Positions 1 through 7,502 of a stretch of DNA of 14,349 nt are shown here, in pieces. The first letter of the stretch is position 1; every line of letters starts with the position of its first letter. The DNA lies in NCBI GenBank assembly GCA_035357435.1, contig DAOPNM010000013.1:1-14349 (forward strand). Reading direction: 5' to 3'. The position numbers were made by a program, and so were the translations under genes. This DNA comes from an archaeon (GTDB lineage Archaea > Iainarchaeota > Iainarchaeia > Iainarchaeales > CSSED10-239). Under the pieces are notes generated by a model. The model was given only the letters and a program-made list of their open reading frames with translations. It made no database searches and had not been told where the DNA came from.

Positions 1-899
1 CCAAAGTTTTTGATTGAGGTATTATCAATAATTGTTACGTGTTTATTGTTTGTTAGTACCATTCCTTTTTTAAGAACACTAGAATTATTAAGAAATTGGT
101 CTGCTTCACAGGCATGTCCAATTGCTTCATGTGCGAGCAATCCAACAGTATCTGGGTCTAATATTGCACATGCATTGTTTATTGCAGGGCATGGTTTTGA
201 AAATAAAAGTTCTTCTAATTTTTGTTTGTTGTTATTAATTATTTCTTTTTTTTTATAATAATCTATTAACTCTAAGCCTCCAACATTTCCAAACCTTTCA
301 TAAGAGCTTTCTATATTTTTGTTTCTTTTACCAGTAATCCATGAATAAAAAAAATAATTTGGTTTTTCTTCATAAATAAAAGAATATGGGTTTACAAAAT
401 AGTTTTCTGAATAGTTTTCTTGTATTCTTGTTTCTAGTTGTAATATTTTAACAATGTTATTGTTTTGTTTTTTTATTAATGCATTTTTATTTATTTCTAC
501 AAGTTCTTTTGTTTTTTCTTCTATTGAAATGGTTTCAAATTTTTTGTGTTTGAATTTTATTTTATCTTTGTTTTCTGCAACATTTTTATATTCTGTTTTT
601 TTATTTAATTTTTGTGAATTGTTTATACATGTGTCAATAATATTTTTATAATTTTCTAAATTTGTTGTAGAACAAAATCCTAATTTTTTATTTTTTATAG
701 TTCTTATCCCTATACCAATTAGTATGTTTTGGTTAATATCTTTTGTTTGTGTTTTATCTATATTTATTGATAGATTATTTATTTTTTGTAATCTTATGTC
801 ATAATAGTTTAATTTTTTTGTTTCTAAATAATTTTTTATTTTATCTAAGTAGTTTTCCACATTTAGTGTGTTTTGGTTTAAATTTTTGTTTTGTGTCAT
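1..899 (-). CDS. tldD: TldD/PmbA-family (TldD-like) zinc metallopeptidase; N-terminal ~299 codons, with the 3' end running off the left window edge
   Basis: Hand translation of the reverse strand from the ATG (complement of 897-899) stays open to position 1: MTQNKNLNQNTLNVENYLDKIKNYLETKKLNYYDIRLQK...GIGIRTIKNKKLGFCSTT...ILDPDTVGLLAHEAIGHACEADQFLNNSSVLKKG. The LLAHEAIGHxxE block (HEAIGH = complement of 114-131) matches the TldD HExxxH metal site. It is absent from the ORF track because it is open at the edge. The + strand is strongly T-rich here, meaning A-rich coding on the - strand as in every other gene. Confidence 0.8.
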   Translation of the reverse strand, partial: MTQNKNLNQNTLNVENYLDKIKNYLETKKLNYYDIRLQKINNLSINIDKTQTKDINQNILIGIGIRTIKNKKLGFCSTTNLENYKNIIDTCINNSQKLNKKTEYKNVAENKDKIKFKHKKFETISIEEKTKELVEINKNALIKKQNNNIVKILQLETRIQENYSENYFVNPYSFIYEEKPNYFFYSWITGKRNKNIESSYERFGNVGGLELIDYYKKKEIINNNKQKLEELLFSKPCPAINNACAILDPDTVGLLAHEAIGHACEADQFLNNSSVLKKGMVLTNNKHVTIIDNTSIKNF

Positions 900-967
900 T
901 TATATCATCACAATTATATATGTTAATCAATTTTAAAAATATATCTTATTATATTTATTTACAAAAA
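900..967. promoter_or_regulatory. Divergent promoter spacer between the TldD-like gene (-) and the GtrA-like gene (+)
   Basis: A 68-nt AT-only spacer lies between two divergent start codons. It contains TATA-like boxes (atatataa, ttttaaaaatata) about 20-35 nt from each ATG. TATA calls in DNA this AT-rich are weak. Confidence 0.3.
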
Positions 968-1549
968 ATGGTTAAAAAAATAAATATGCCTGCAAAAAAA
1001 AATAAGACTATTAAAGAGAAAACAGTAGATGCACTTAATGACATACAGAATATAAAATATAAATTTAGTGGTTCTTTACTTTATTTTAAAAAAAACAATT
1101 TACCTCATAAAATATATTATTGGTTAATTGATCATCCTTTTTTTTATAAACAGAAAAGTAGACTAAAATATGTTGCCGTTTCACTTGTTGGTGTTATTGT
1201 TAATACGATTATGTTAGTGGTTTTAACTTCTATATTAAAAATTAATTATTTGTTTTCTGCAACATTAACAGAAGTGACATCTATTATTTATACATTTTTT
1301 TTAAATAAAAAATATACATTTAATTTGCACACAAAAAATTTTAAACAAAATATTGGTTTGTTTGTTTCTTATTTTTGTGTATGTTTATTAGCATTAGGCA
1401 TAATTCTTTTGACAATGTATATTTTTGTTGAAAAAGTTGGTATTTTTTATTTATTTGCTTGGGTTTTAGCTGGTGTAATTAATTTTTTTACAATTTACCC
1501 CTTACAAACATTTCTTTTTAAATCAAAGATTTTTCCTTGGAATAAATGA
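968..1549 (+). CDS. GtrA-like family integral membrane protein (4 predicted TM helices) with a ~60-aa basic N-terminal extension
   Basis: The in-frame ATG at 968 lies inside track ORF 743-1549; the upstream part overlaps the TldD gene and promoter and looks spurious. The core KYVAVSLVGVIVNTIMLVVLTSILKINYLFSATLTEVTSIIYTFFLNKKYTF, followed by two more hydrophobic helices, fits the GtrA pattern (VG..N....., YL.A, F.LN..xTF). Stop is TGA at 1547-1549. Confidence 0.7.
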   Translation: MVKKINMPAKKNKTIKEKTVDALNDIQNIKYKFSGSLLYFKKNNLPHKIYYWLIDHPFFYKQKSRLKYVAVSLVGVIVNTIMLVVLTSILKINYLFSATLTEVTSIIYTFFLNKKYTFNLHTKNFKQNIGLFVSYFCVCLLALGIILLTMYIFVEKVGIFYLFAWVLAGVINFFTIYPLQTFLFKSKIFPWNK

Positions 1550-1582
1550 AATATTCAATAGGTTTTAATAAGTTTTGTAGTG

Positions 1583-1590
1583 TATATAAA
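1583..1590 (+). promoter_or_regulatory. TATA-like box upstream of gatD
   Basis: tatataaa ends 20 nt before the gatD ATG (1611), a spacing compatible with a leaderless or near-leaderless archaeal transcript. No SD-like purine run lies in between. Confidence 0.3.
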
Positions 1591-1610
1591 TTAATTAAAA
1601 AAGAAGTTTT

Positions 1611-2960
1611 ATGATAAAATTATCTGAAAAAGACATTGGTAACTTAATAGAGGTTACAAAAAAAAAAGGAAATCAAGATGTAGTCTATAAGGGATACCTT
1701 ATAGAGTTTACAGATTCTTTTCTTAAGTTGAAACTTTTTGATATTGGGTATAATATAGGTATTAATATTGATTCTTTAACAACAATAGCACGCTTAGATG
1801 AAAAAATTGTTTTGGGGAAGCCACCATCTTTAGATATTAAGTCTAACCCATCTCTCCCAACTATTACATATATTGGAACCGGGGGAACAATAGGTACACA
1901 TGTCGATTATGTTACTGGTGGGGTTTATATGTGCAGAACACCCCAAGAAATACTTGCTACAACGCCAGAGCTTGCAAATATTGTGAATATTAAAAAAATA
2001 GAGTCTCCTATAATAAAACCTAGTGAAGATTTGGGTTTTCTTGATTGGAAGATTATTTCTGAAAAAGTTTATGATTCTTTAGTTGATGATTCCATTAATG
2101 GAATAATTATTACCCATGGGACAGATTTTCTTGCATATACAGGGACTGCACTTTCGTTTATGATAGAAAATGTTAATAAACCAGTTCTTTTAGTTGGTGC
2201 TCAAAGATCTCCTGATAGGGCAAGTTTTGATGGTGCCTTAAATTTAATTTGTGCTGCACAGTTTGTTAAAGAAAACATTCCTGGTGTTTTTCTTGTTATG
2301 CATGGTTCTATTAATGATGATTATTGTTATGTATTAAATGCCACAAAAGCAAAAAAGTTTCACACTTCTAGAAGAGATACTTTTCAACCAGTTAATGATG
2401 TGCCTATTGCAAGGGTTTATTCTGATGGTAAAATAGAATATATTAAAAATAAAGAATTATTACAAATGCTTCCAAAAAATAAACCAATTTTAAAAAATGA
2501 GATCAGTGATAAGGTTGGGATTTTAAAAGTTTATCCAGATTCAGATCCAAGTATAATTGATTGGTATATAGAAAAAAAATACAAAGGTTTAATTATAGAA
2601 GGCACCGGCTTAGGGCATGTCCCTACAAAATATGATAGAGATAAAAATTGTTTTTTAGAAAAAAGTTGGATTCCTTTTCTTAAAAAAGCAAATGACAATG
2701 GAATTATTTTGATTATGTGTTCTCAATCCATTTTTGGAAGAGTAAATAATTTAGTTTATGCAAATTTAAGATTTGCATCTGAAGCAGGCGTTGAGTATTT
2801 AGATCAACACGATATGCTTCCAGAAACAGCATATATTAAATTGTCAATTGCATTGTCAAGATTTAGTGAAAAAGATGACATATTAAATTATATGAAAAGC
2901 AATGTTTCTGGTGAAATTTCTAATAAAGAAACACCAGAGTCATTTAATTTTGTTTTTTGA
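1611..2960 (+). CDS. gatD: Glutamyl-tRNA(Gln) amidotransferase subunit D (archaeal GatD, asparaginase-like)
   Basis: The 449-aa ORF has an N-terminal domain followed by asparaginase-type signatures IGTGGTIGT and ITHGTDFLAYT, plus a LVGAQRSPDR block. It sits directly upstream of gatE, the classic archaeal gatDE pair. Confidence 0.95.
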   Translation: MIKLSEKDIGNLIEVTKKKGNQDVVYKGYLIEFTDSFLKLKLFDIGYNIGINIDSLTTIARLDEKIVLGKPPSLDIKSNPSLPTITYIGTGGTIGTHVDYVTGGVYMCRTPQEILATTPELANIVNIKKIESPIIKPSEDLGFLDWKIISEKVYDSLVDDSINGIIITHGTDFLAYTGTALSFMIENVNKPVLLVGAQRSPDRASFDGALNLICAAQFVKENIPGVFLVMHGSINDDYCYVLNATKAKKFHTSRRDTFQPVNDVPIARVYSDGKIEYIKNKELLQMLPKNKPILKNEISDKVGILKVYPDSDPSIIDWYIEKKYKGLIIEGTGLGHVPTKYDRDKNCFLEKSWIPFLKKANDNGIILIMCSQSIFGRVNNLVYANLRFASEAGVEYLDQHDMLPETAYIKLSIALSRFSEKDDILNYMKSNVSGEISNKETPESFNFVF

Positions 2961-2976
2961 TTAGTTATTATTTTTG

Positions 2977-4914
2977 ATGATGGTTATGAAGAAGATAGAT
3001 ATAAATGATTTAGATTATAATAAATTAGGTTTAGAAGTTGGTTTAGAAATACATCAACAATTAGATACTTCTAAACTTTTTTGTAGATGCCCTTCTAAAT
3101 TAGTAAAGGATGAAACAATTAAACCTGACAAGGTTATTAAAAGAAAATTACGAGCCGTAACTTCAGAAACAGGTGAATTAGATGTTACTGCAAAAATGGA
3201 AGAATTGAAATCAAAAACCTTTGTTTATTATTTTTATAATTATAGTGATTGTTTAGTTGAAATTGATTGTCAACCACCATATCCATTGAATCAAGAGGCA
3301 TTAAAGATTTCTATTATTCTTTCAAAATTAACAAATTCTGTTTTGCTTGATAAATCTTATGTTATGAGAAAGCAGGTAGTAGATGGTTCAAATGTGTGTG
3401 GTTTTCAAAGAACTATGTTGGTTTCTACAAATGGGTATTTAAATTTTGATTTTGGGCGAGTTCGTGTTCCATATTTGTTTTTAGAGGAAGATGCTGCAAG
3501 GGCAATTGAAAGAAAAGAAGATGAGGTTATTTATTCTTTAGACAGATTAGGTATACCATTAATTGAAATGGTTGTTTGGCATGATATACATACGCCTGAA
3601 GATGCAAAAGCTGTCGCATTATTTCTTGGACAGTTGTTTCGTCTTACCGGTAAAGCAAAAAGAGGCCTTGGTTCAATAAGGCAAGATCTTAATATATCAA
3701 TAAAAGAAGGGGCAAGAGCAGAGATAAAAGGCACCCAGGATTTAGAGTTGATCCCAGAAATTGTAAAAAGAGAGGCGTTAAGGCAAATTAATCTTTTAGA
3801 AGTTAAAAATGAATTAATTTCTCGTGGTGTAACTAAAATAATTTTAAATGAAGTAGATGTTTCGAATGTTTTTTTAGATACACAATCTAAGATTGTAAAA
3901 GAAGCATTAGTTTCTGGAAAAAAAGCATATGCTTTTTGTTTAAATAACTTTAAAGATATTCTTGGTTTTGAGATACAACCAGGGAGAAGAATAGGCACTG
4001 AGCTTGCAAATTATTTGAAAGTATATACTCCTTTAAAAGGTCTTTTCCATTTAGATGAACTTCCAAATTATGGGGTTACACAGGAAAATGTTTTAGATAT
4101 TAAACGGATATTAAATATTGGTTCAAATGATTCATTTATACTTTTATTATGTCACTCAAATATAATTTCTTTTGTAAAATCAATTTTAGAAAAAAGAATA
4201 AATGGTTTATTAGATGGTGTTCCTAAAGAAACAAGAGTAATTACACCCGATGGAAATAGTGAGTATCAAAGACCAATTTCAGGGAGAGCAAGAATGTATC
4301 CTGAAACCGATTTAGATTGTATTGAATTTACACAAGAATTTATAACAGAATCTTTAAATGATATGCCTTTGTCTTTAGAAGAAAGAGAAAATGTTTATAT
4401 AAATAATTTTAAGTTGTCTAAGCAGTTAACAAAGAAAATGGTATTAAGTAATTATGCCCCACTTTTTGAAAATATTTTAAAACAGAACCCTTCACTTTCT
4501 CCAACAAGTGTTTGTGTTTTTTTATTGGAAGATTTAACAAAATTATCTCGTGCAAGTTTAATTAATGTAGATGATATTGAAGACAACAAATTTTTTGAGT
4601 TTTTTTCATATAATGATTTTAATAAGATTCCTAAATCAAAGTTGTTAGATTTGTTTGTTTATTTTATAAAAAATAATGTTTCTATGTCACAAGCAGTTAA
4701 TGATTTAAATCTATTAACCAGTGACAATATAAATTTGCAAGAAATTATAAAACAAACAATTTTAGAAAACAAGATAAAGGTTCTTCAACAAAGAGAAAGA
4801 GCACAAGGGTTAATAATGGGGCAGGTTATGCTAAAAACAAAAGGAGCAATTTCTGGGAATATTGTTTCTCAAGAGGTTATTAAGGAGTTGACTAATTTTT
4901 TAAAAAATAACTAA
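2977..4914 (+). CDS. gatE: Glutamyl-tRNA(Gln) amidotransferase subunit E (archaeal GatE)
   Basis: The ~645-aa ORF has a GatB/E-type N-terminus (LGLEVGLEIHQQL...KLFCRCP), then EEDAARAIER, a GSIRQDLNISI block and RMYPETD. The track starts at TTG 2974; ATGs at 2977, 2980 and 2986 are equally possible starts. It begins 16 nt after the gatD stop. Confidence 0.95.
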   Translation: MMVMKKIDINDLDYNKLGLEVGLEIHQQLDTSKLFCRCPSKLVKDETIKPDKVIKRKLRAVTSETGELDVTAKMEELKSKTFVYYFYNYSDCLVEIDCQPPYPLNQEALKISIILSKLTNSVLLDKSYVMRKQVVDGSNVCGFQRTMLVSTNGYLNFDFGRVRVPYLFLEEDAARAIERKEDEVIYSLDRLGIPLIEMVVWHDIHTPEDAKAVALFLGQLFRLTGKAKRGLGSIRQDLNISIKEGARAEIKGTQDLELIPEIVKREALRQINLLEVKNELISRGVTKIILNEVDVSNVFLDTQSKIVKEALVSGKKAYAFCLNNFKDILGFEIQPGRRIGTELANYLKVYTPLKGLFHLDELPNYGVTQENVLDIKRILNIGSNDSFILLLCHSNIISFVKSILEKRINGLLDGVPKETRVITPDGNSEYQRPISGRARMYPETDLDCIEFTQEFITESLNDMPLSLEERENVYINNFKLSKQLTKKMVLSNYAPLFENILKQNPSLSPTSVCVFLLEDLTKLSRASLINVDDIEDNKFFEFFSYNDFNKIPKSKLLDLFVYFIKNNVSMSQAVNDLNLLTSDNINLQEIIKQTILENKIKVLQQRERAQGLIMGQVMLKTKGAISGNIVSQEVIKELTNFLKNN

Positions 4915-4920
4915 TTAAGT

Positions 4921-4964
4921 TTTGTTTATGTTTTTATATTTTTGTTAAATTTACAAATTTTTTT
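4921..4964 (+). terminator. Oligo-T tract cluster downstream of gatE (archaeal-type terminator candidate)
   Basis: T-runs (T5 at 4931-4935, T7 at 4958-4964) begin a few nt after the TAA at 4912-4914. Archaeal termination uses oligo-T. The background is T-rich, so specificity is low. Confidence 0.35.
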
Positions 4965-5055
4965 AAAAAAATACCTTTTTAAATATAATTATCTATATTA
5001 TATTATACTGTTTATTTTAAAATAATTAAGATGAGATAATGGAGTAGGATAATAT

Positions 5056-5547
5056 ATGAATATATTTAATTTATTTCGTACAAAACATGAATCAATTATT
5101 GAAATTGATGCAAATACAATGAAAGAAGTTTCTAAATTACAGAATATGAAACCACAGGTTCTTAGAGATTATAGAAATAAACCAATTGATTGGTTAATTA
5201 ATCACTTACAATCAATCCAAGATGTTGTTGAAGGAAAAACTCTTGGTACAAAACAACAAAGTTCTTTTTATTTGGATGGAAAGAAAGTTTTTAAGAATGA
5301 GACAACACGTGCAATCTTTAATGATTTATTTGATAACTATAATGCCTATTATTATGCTTTAAAAAGATATATAAGTGTCAGAAAACAATTAGAAGATGTT
5401 AATAAACTTAAAGAAGAAGAGTTTTTAGCTGCAGGTAGAGAAAAGGAAATTTTAGAAGAGTGTCAATCATTAGAGAGACAGTTAAATACCTATGCTAATA
5501 ATATAACAAATTTAAAAATAAGATTAAGACAAGCCGTTTATGGTTAA
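5056..5547 (+). CDS. Hypothetical protein, 163 aa, soluble, with a C-terminal coiled-coil-like half; no family recognised
   Basis: The clean ORF has A-rich coding bias like its neighbours. SD-like GGAG/AGGA lies at 5041-5049, 7-15 nt before the ATG. The C-terminal part (RKQLEDVNKLKEEEFLAAGREKEILEECQSLERQLNTYANNITNLKIRLRQ) has a heptad-like character. There is no signal peptide or TM helix. Confidence 0.6.
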   Translation: MNIFNLFRTKHESIIEIDANTMKEVSKLQNMKPQVLRDYRNKPIDWLINHLQSIQDVVEGKTLGTKQQSSFYLDGKKVFKNETTRAIFNDLFDNYNAYYYALKRYISVRKQLEDVNKLKEEEFLAAGREKEILEECQSLERQLNTYANNITNLKIRLRQAVYG

Positions 5548-5550
5548 ATC

Positions 5551-5570
5551 TTTTTTCTTTTTACTTTTTT
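5551..5570 (+). terminator. Oligo-T terminator candidate after the 163-aa gene
   Basis: T6 (5551-5556) and T6 (5565-5570) start 4 nt after the TAA at 5545-5547. Confidence 0.35.
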
Positions 5571-5702
5571 AATTGTTTATGGTTTTGTAGAGAAACATTA
5601 ATTATTGATATTGTATTTTTGTTTTTTTTGTTTTATTATTTTTAATAAAATAGTTATTTTTTACTTTATTATTTTTGTCTTAAAAAATTTAAATAAAAAA
5701 AT

Positions 5703-6431
5703 ATGTATAATTCAATAATTGATATTATTTTAGGAAGTAGAACAATTGTCTTTCAAGAGAAGTTTACAAATAATGTTGAGTGGAATAGAAAAATAATTGG
5801 TCCTAAAAACAATCCTGCTGTTTTGATTTTTTTAGGTAGAAACGTGGATTTTAATACCCATTCTGCAATTTATAAAAAATTTAAGAATAAAACAAAAATT
5901 ATTTATAAATTGCCAAATAAATTAATTTCAGAAGATATTGATCTGTCTAAAAAGTTAATTAATGAAATAGTTGATGATGTTCAAAATATTATTAAAGAAT
6001 ATGATGTTGTTTGGTGTTATGGCTTAAGTTTAGGATGTTTACTTGCAACATATGTTTCTAATAAATTTTCTAAATCTATTAATAAATTATATTTAATTAG
6101 TCCTGGTTCTAGAGTCTCTGATATCTTTTGGGATAGTTTTATTACAAAATCACAAGTTAAGAAAGCAAAAGCAAACGGGTTGACGTCTAATGATTATAAA
6201 ATTAAATTAAAAAAATTTGATCCTATAGAAAATTTAAATAATCTAAGTCATACAGATCTAAAGGTATTTGTTGGAAAATTTGATGCAATTTTTCCGTATA
6301 AATATACTAAACAGTTTATTGATAAAATAAAGCAATTAAAAATACCTGTAGATATCAAAATATTTTCTTGTGGGCATTATGTAACTTGTGCAATTGGAAT
6401 TTATTTAACTAGTGCCAAATATTATTCTTAA
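5703..6431 (+). CDS. Small alpha/beta-fold hydrolase (esterase/lipase-like), 242 aa
   Basis: The nucleophile elbow G-L-S-L-G has its Ser codon AGT at 6027-6029, after the beta-strand PAVLIFLG. The candidate acid is in VFVGKFDAIFP and the candidate His in SCGHY near the C-terminus. The Ser-Asp-His order and spacing are typical of the fold. T6 (6432-6437) directly follows the stop. Confidence 0.65.
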   Translation: MYNSIIDIILGSRTIVFQEKFTNNVEWNRKIIGPKNNPAVLIFLGRNVDFNTHSAIYKKFKNKTKIIYKLPNKLISEDIDLSKKLINEIVDDVQNIIKEYDVVWCYGLSLGCLLATYVSNKFSKSINKLYLISPGSRVSDIFWDSFITKSQVKKAKANGLTSNDYKIKLKKFDPIENLNNLSHTDLKVFVGKFDAIFPYKYTKQFIDKIKQLKIPVDIKIFSCGHYVTCAIGIYLTSAKYYS

Positions 6432-6591
6432 TTTTTTCTAGTGAATTTTATGTTTCCACTTTTAGTTTTAAGTATTAATTAATGTCAGTTACACTTATGT
6501 TGTTTATTATGTACATTTTAGTACATATAAATAGGTGTTATATATATATTCTGATAGCACTCTATAAATAATTAGATTAGAAAAAACTCTT

Positions 6592-6772
6592 AAGATGATT
6601 CTAGAATGGAATTTTGGGGGTGGTTCAAAATTTCAAGATAGCTTTTTCATCTAGGAGGTTGTTGTCATACATGGCAATAAATAACAAAGACGATAGTTGA
6701 GGGAGCGAAATCAAAAGATTTGATAAAAATAAGAATTTTGTGGCTCCCTCATCTTGAAAAAAACTTTTTTTT
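6592..6772 (+). ncRNA. Candidate small structured RNA or 3'-end structured element in the convergent spacer; class unknown, strand tentative
   Basis: This segment is locally GC-richer in an otherwise AT-only spacer. Nested complementarity: AGATGA 6593-6598 / TCATCT 6647-6652; AATTTTG 6610-6616 / CAAAATT 6626-6632 around the loop GGGGTGGTT; TGAGGGAGC 6698-6706 / GCTCCCTCA 6743-6751 enclosing ATCAAA 6710-6715 / TTTGAT 6719-6724. TATAAATA at 6563-6570 lies ~25 nt upstream, and T8 at 6765-6772 lies downstream. No ORF longer than 15 codons lies in the GC-richer part. It does not fit a tRNA, a C/D box or an H/ACA RNA by eye. Confidence 0.25.
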
Positions 6773-7502
6773 AAATAACTTTTTTTGAACTTAAAATTGT
6801 TTTAATATCTATATTTTTATTTTCTAAATTTTTAATTATTCCTTGGGTATGTCCTGCACCAACAACTGCAACAATATTTTGTCCAGGTGCATTTTGAAGT
6901 TGATATGCAATATATTGATCTCTTTCATCAATTAATATTTTTTTTAATTTAGGATAATTTTCTGTAAACACATCCATAATTTTATTTATAATTTCACTAT
7001 TTTCTTTATCTGTTTCTACTTCTTTTAAAAGTTTATTTATAAAGTTGTTTCCAAGTTCTTTTTTAAGTTTACGTCCTGGAAATAATATTTTAAATTTATC
7101 TTTAAATGTAAGGTTTTTCATAAGTTTGTTTAAAGTTATATAAATATCTCTATCTGCAAGAAGGATTTGTGCATTTATTTCTTTTGCACACTTTATTGCT
7201 TCAAGCATTTCTTCGCCAGCATCTATATTATAATTTTTTGCAATTTTTTTTTGTGATTTTGCTAAAAAATATTGAACCATAAACAAAAATGGTTTTTTAG
7301 ATCTAAAAATATCTGAAAATTTAATTTCTCTTTTATTTTTTTGAGTCATTCCAAGAAATCTGTCTCTGTCTAGTTCTATTGCAACAATTTCTGGTTTTTC
7401 ATTTAATATTGTTTCTCTTACTTGTTGTTTGCTTTTATGAGAAATATGTGCAGTTCCAATAAGTGTGATATTTTTTCCATTAACTGATATTTTTTGAATC
7501 AT
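6771..7502 (-). CDS. TraB/GumN-family protein
   Basis: The 243-aa ORF has family hallmarks: an N-terminal ITLIGTAHISHKSKQQV...PEIVAIELDRDRF and a C-terminal VAVVGAGHTQGI. T7 follows immediately after the stop on the - strand. Confidence 0.8.
   Translation of the reverse strand: MIQKISVNGKNITLIGTAHISHKSKQQVRETILNEKPEIVAIELDRDRFLGMTQKNKREIKFSDIFRSKKPFLFMVQYFLAKSQKKIAKNYNIDAGEEMLEAIKCAKEINAQILLADRDIYITLNKLMKNLTFKDKFKILFPGRKLKKELGNNFINKLLKEVETDKENSEIINKIMDVFTENYPKLKKILIDERDQYIAYQLQNAPGQNIVAVVGAGHTQGIIKNLENKNIDIKTILSSKKVI

Noticed and set aside
10-967. Track ORFs 10-258 (+), 454-651 (+) and the 5' part of 743-1549 (+)
   Set aside because: They are low-complexity F/L/I/S-rich translations of a T-rich strand. 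They are antisense shadows of the - strand TldD-like gene, which has a recognisable active-site motif. The real + strand gene starts at ATG 968.
3531-3998. 155-aa ORF antisense to gatE
   Set aside because: It lies entirely inside the well-supported gatE frame, shows no motifs and has composition typical of an antisense shadow ORF.
6508-6527. 7-bp AT-rich hairpin TATGTAC-ATTTTA-GTACATA
   Set aside because: It is short and entirely A/T-dominated. Such palindromes are expected frequently in this composition, and it has no positional relationship to a gene end.
6482-6571. 29-codon hydrophobic ORF (MSVTLMLFIMYILVHINRCYIYILIALYK) in the convergent spacer
   Set aside because: It has no SD or promoter context. 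Its composition is what random AT-rich DNA yields, and it is too short to support without conservation data.
6549-6600. Possible C/D-box sRNA (CTGA at 6550-6553, GATGAT at 6594-6599)
   Set aside because: There is no canonical RUGAUGA box. The elements are in the wrong order for C...D on the + strand, and there is no terminal stem or second box pair.
5026-6611. Similar strings TTAAGATGA-G-ATAATGGA (5026-5043) and TTAAGATGA-TTCT-AGAATGGA (6590-6610) flanking the two-gene islet, possibly att-like direct repeats
   Set aside because: The exact match is only 9 nt, plus an imperfect extension with an indel. Between two AT-rich spacers of these sizes, such a match is about what chance gives. No integrase or tRNA target is present.
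6616-6635. GGTTCAAAA string resembling a tRNA T-loop, raising the possibility of a tRNA or split-tRNA half
   Set aside because: The flanking bases cannot form a 5-bp T-stem. No acceptor, D or anticodon arms can be built on either strand. The 6699-6750 stem-loop is only 52 nt, too short for a tRNA.
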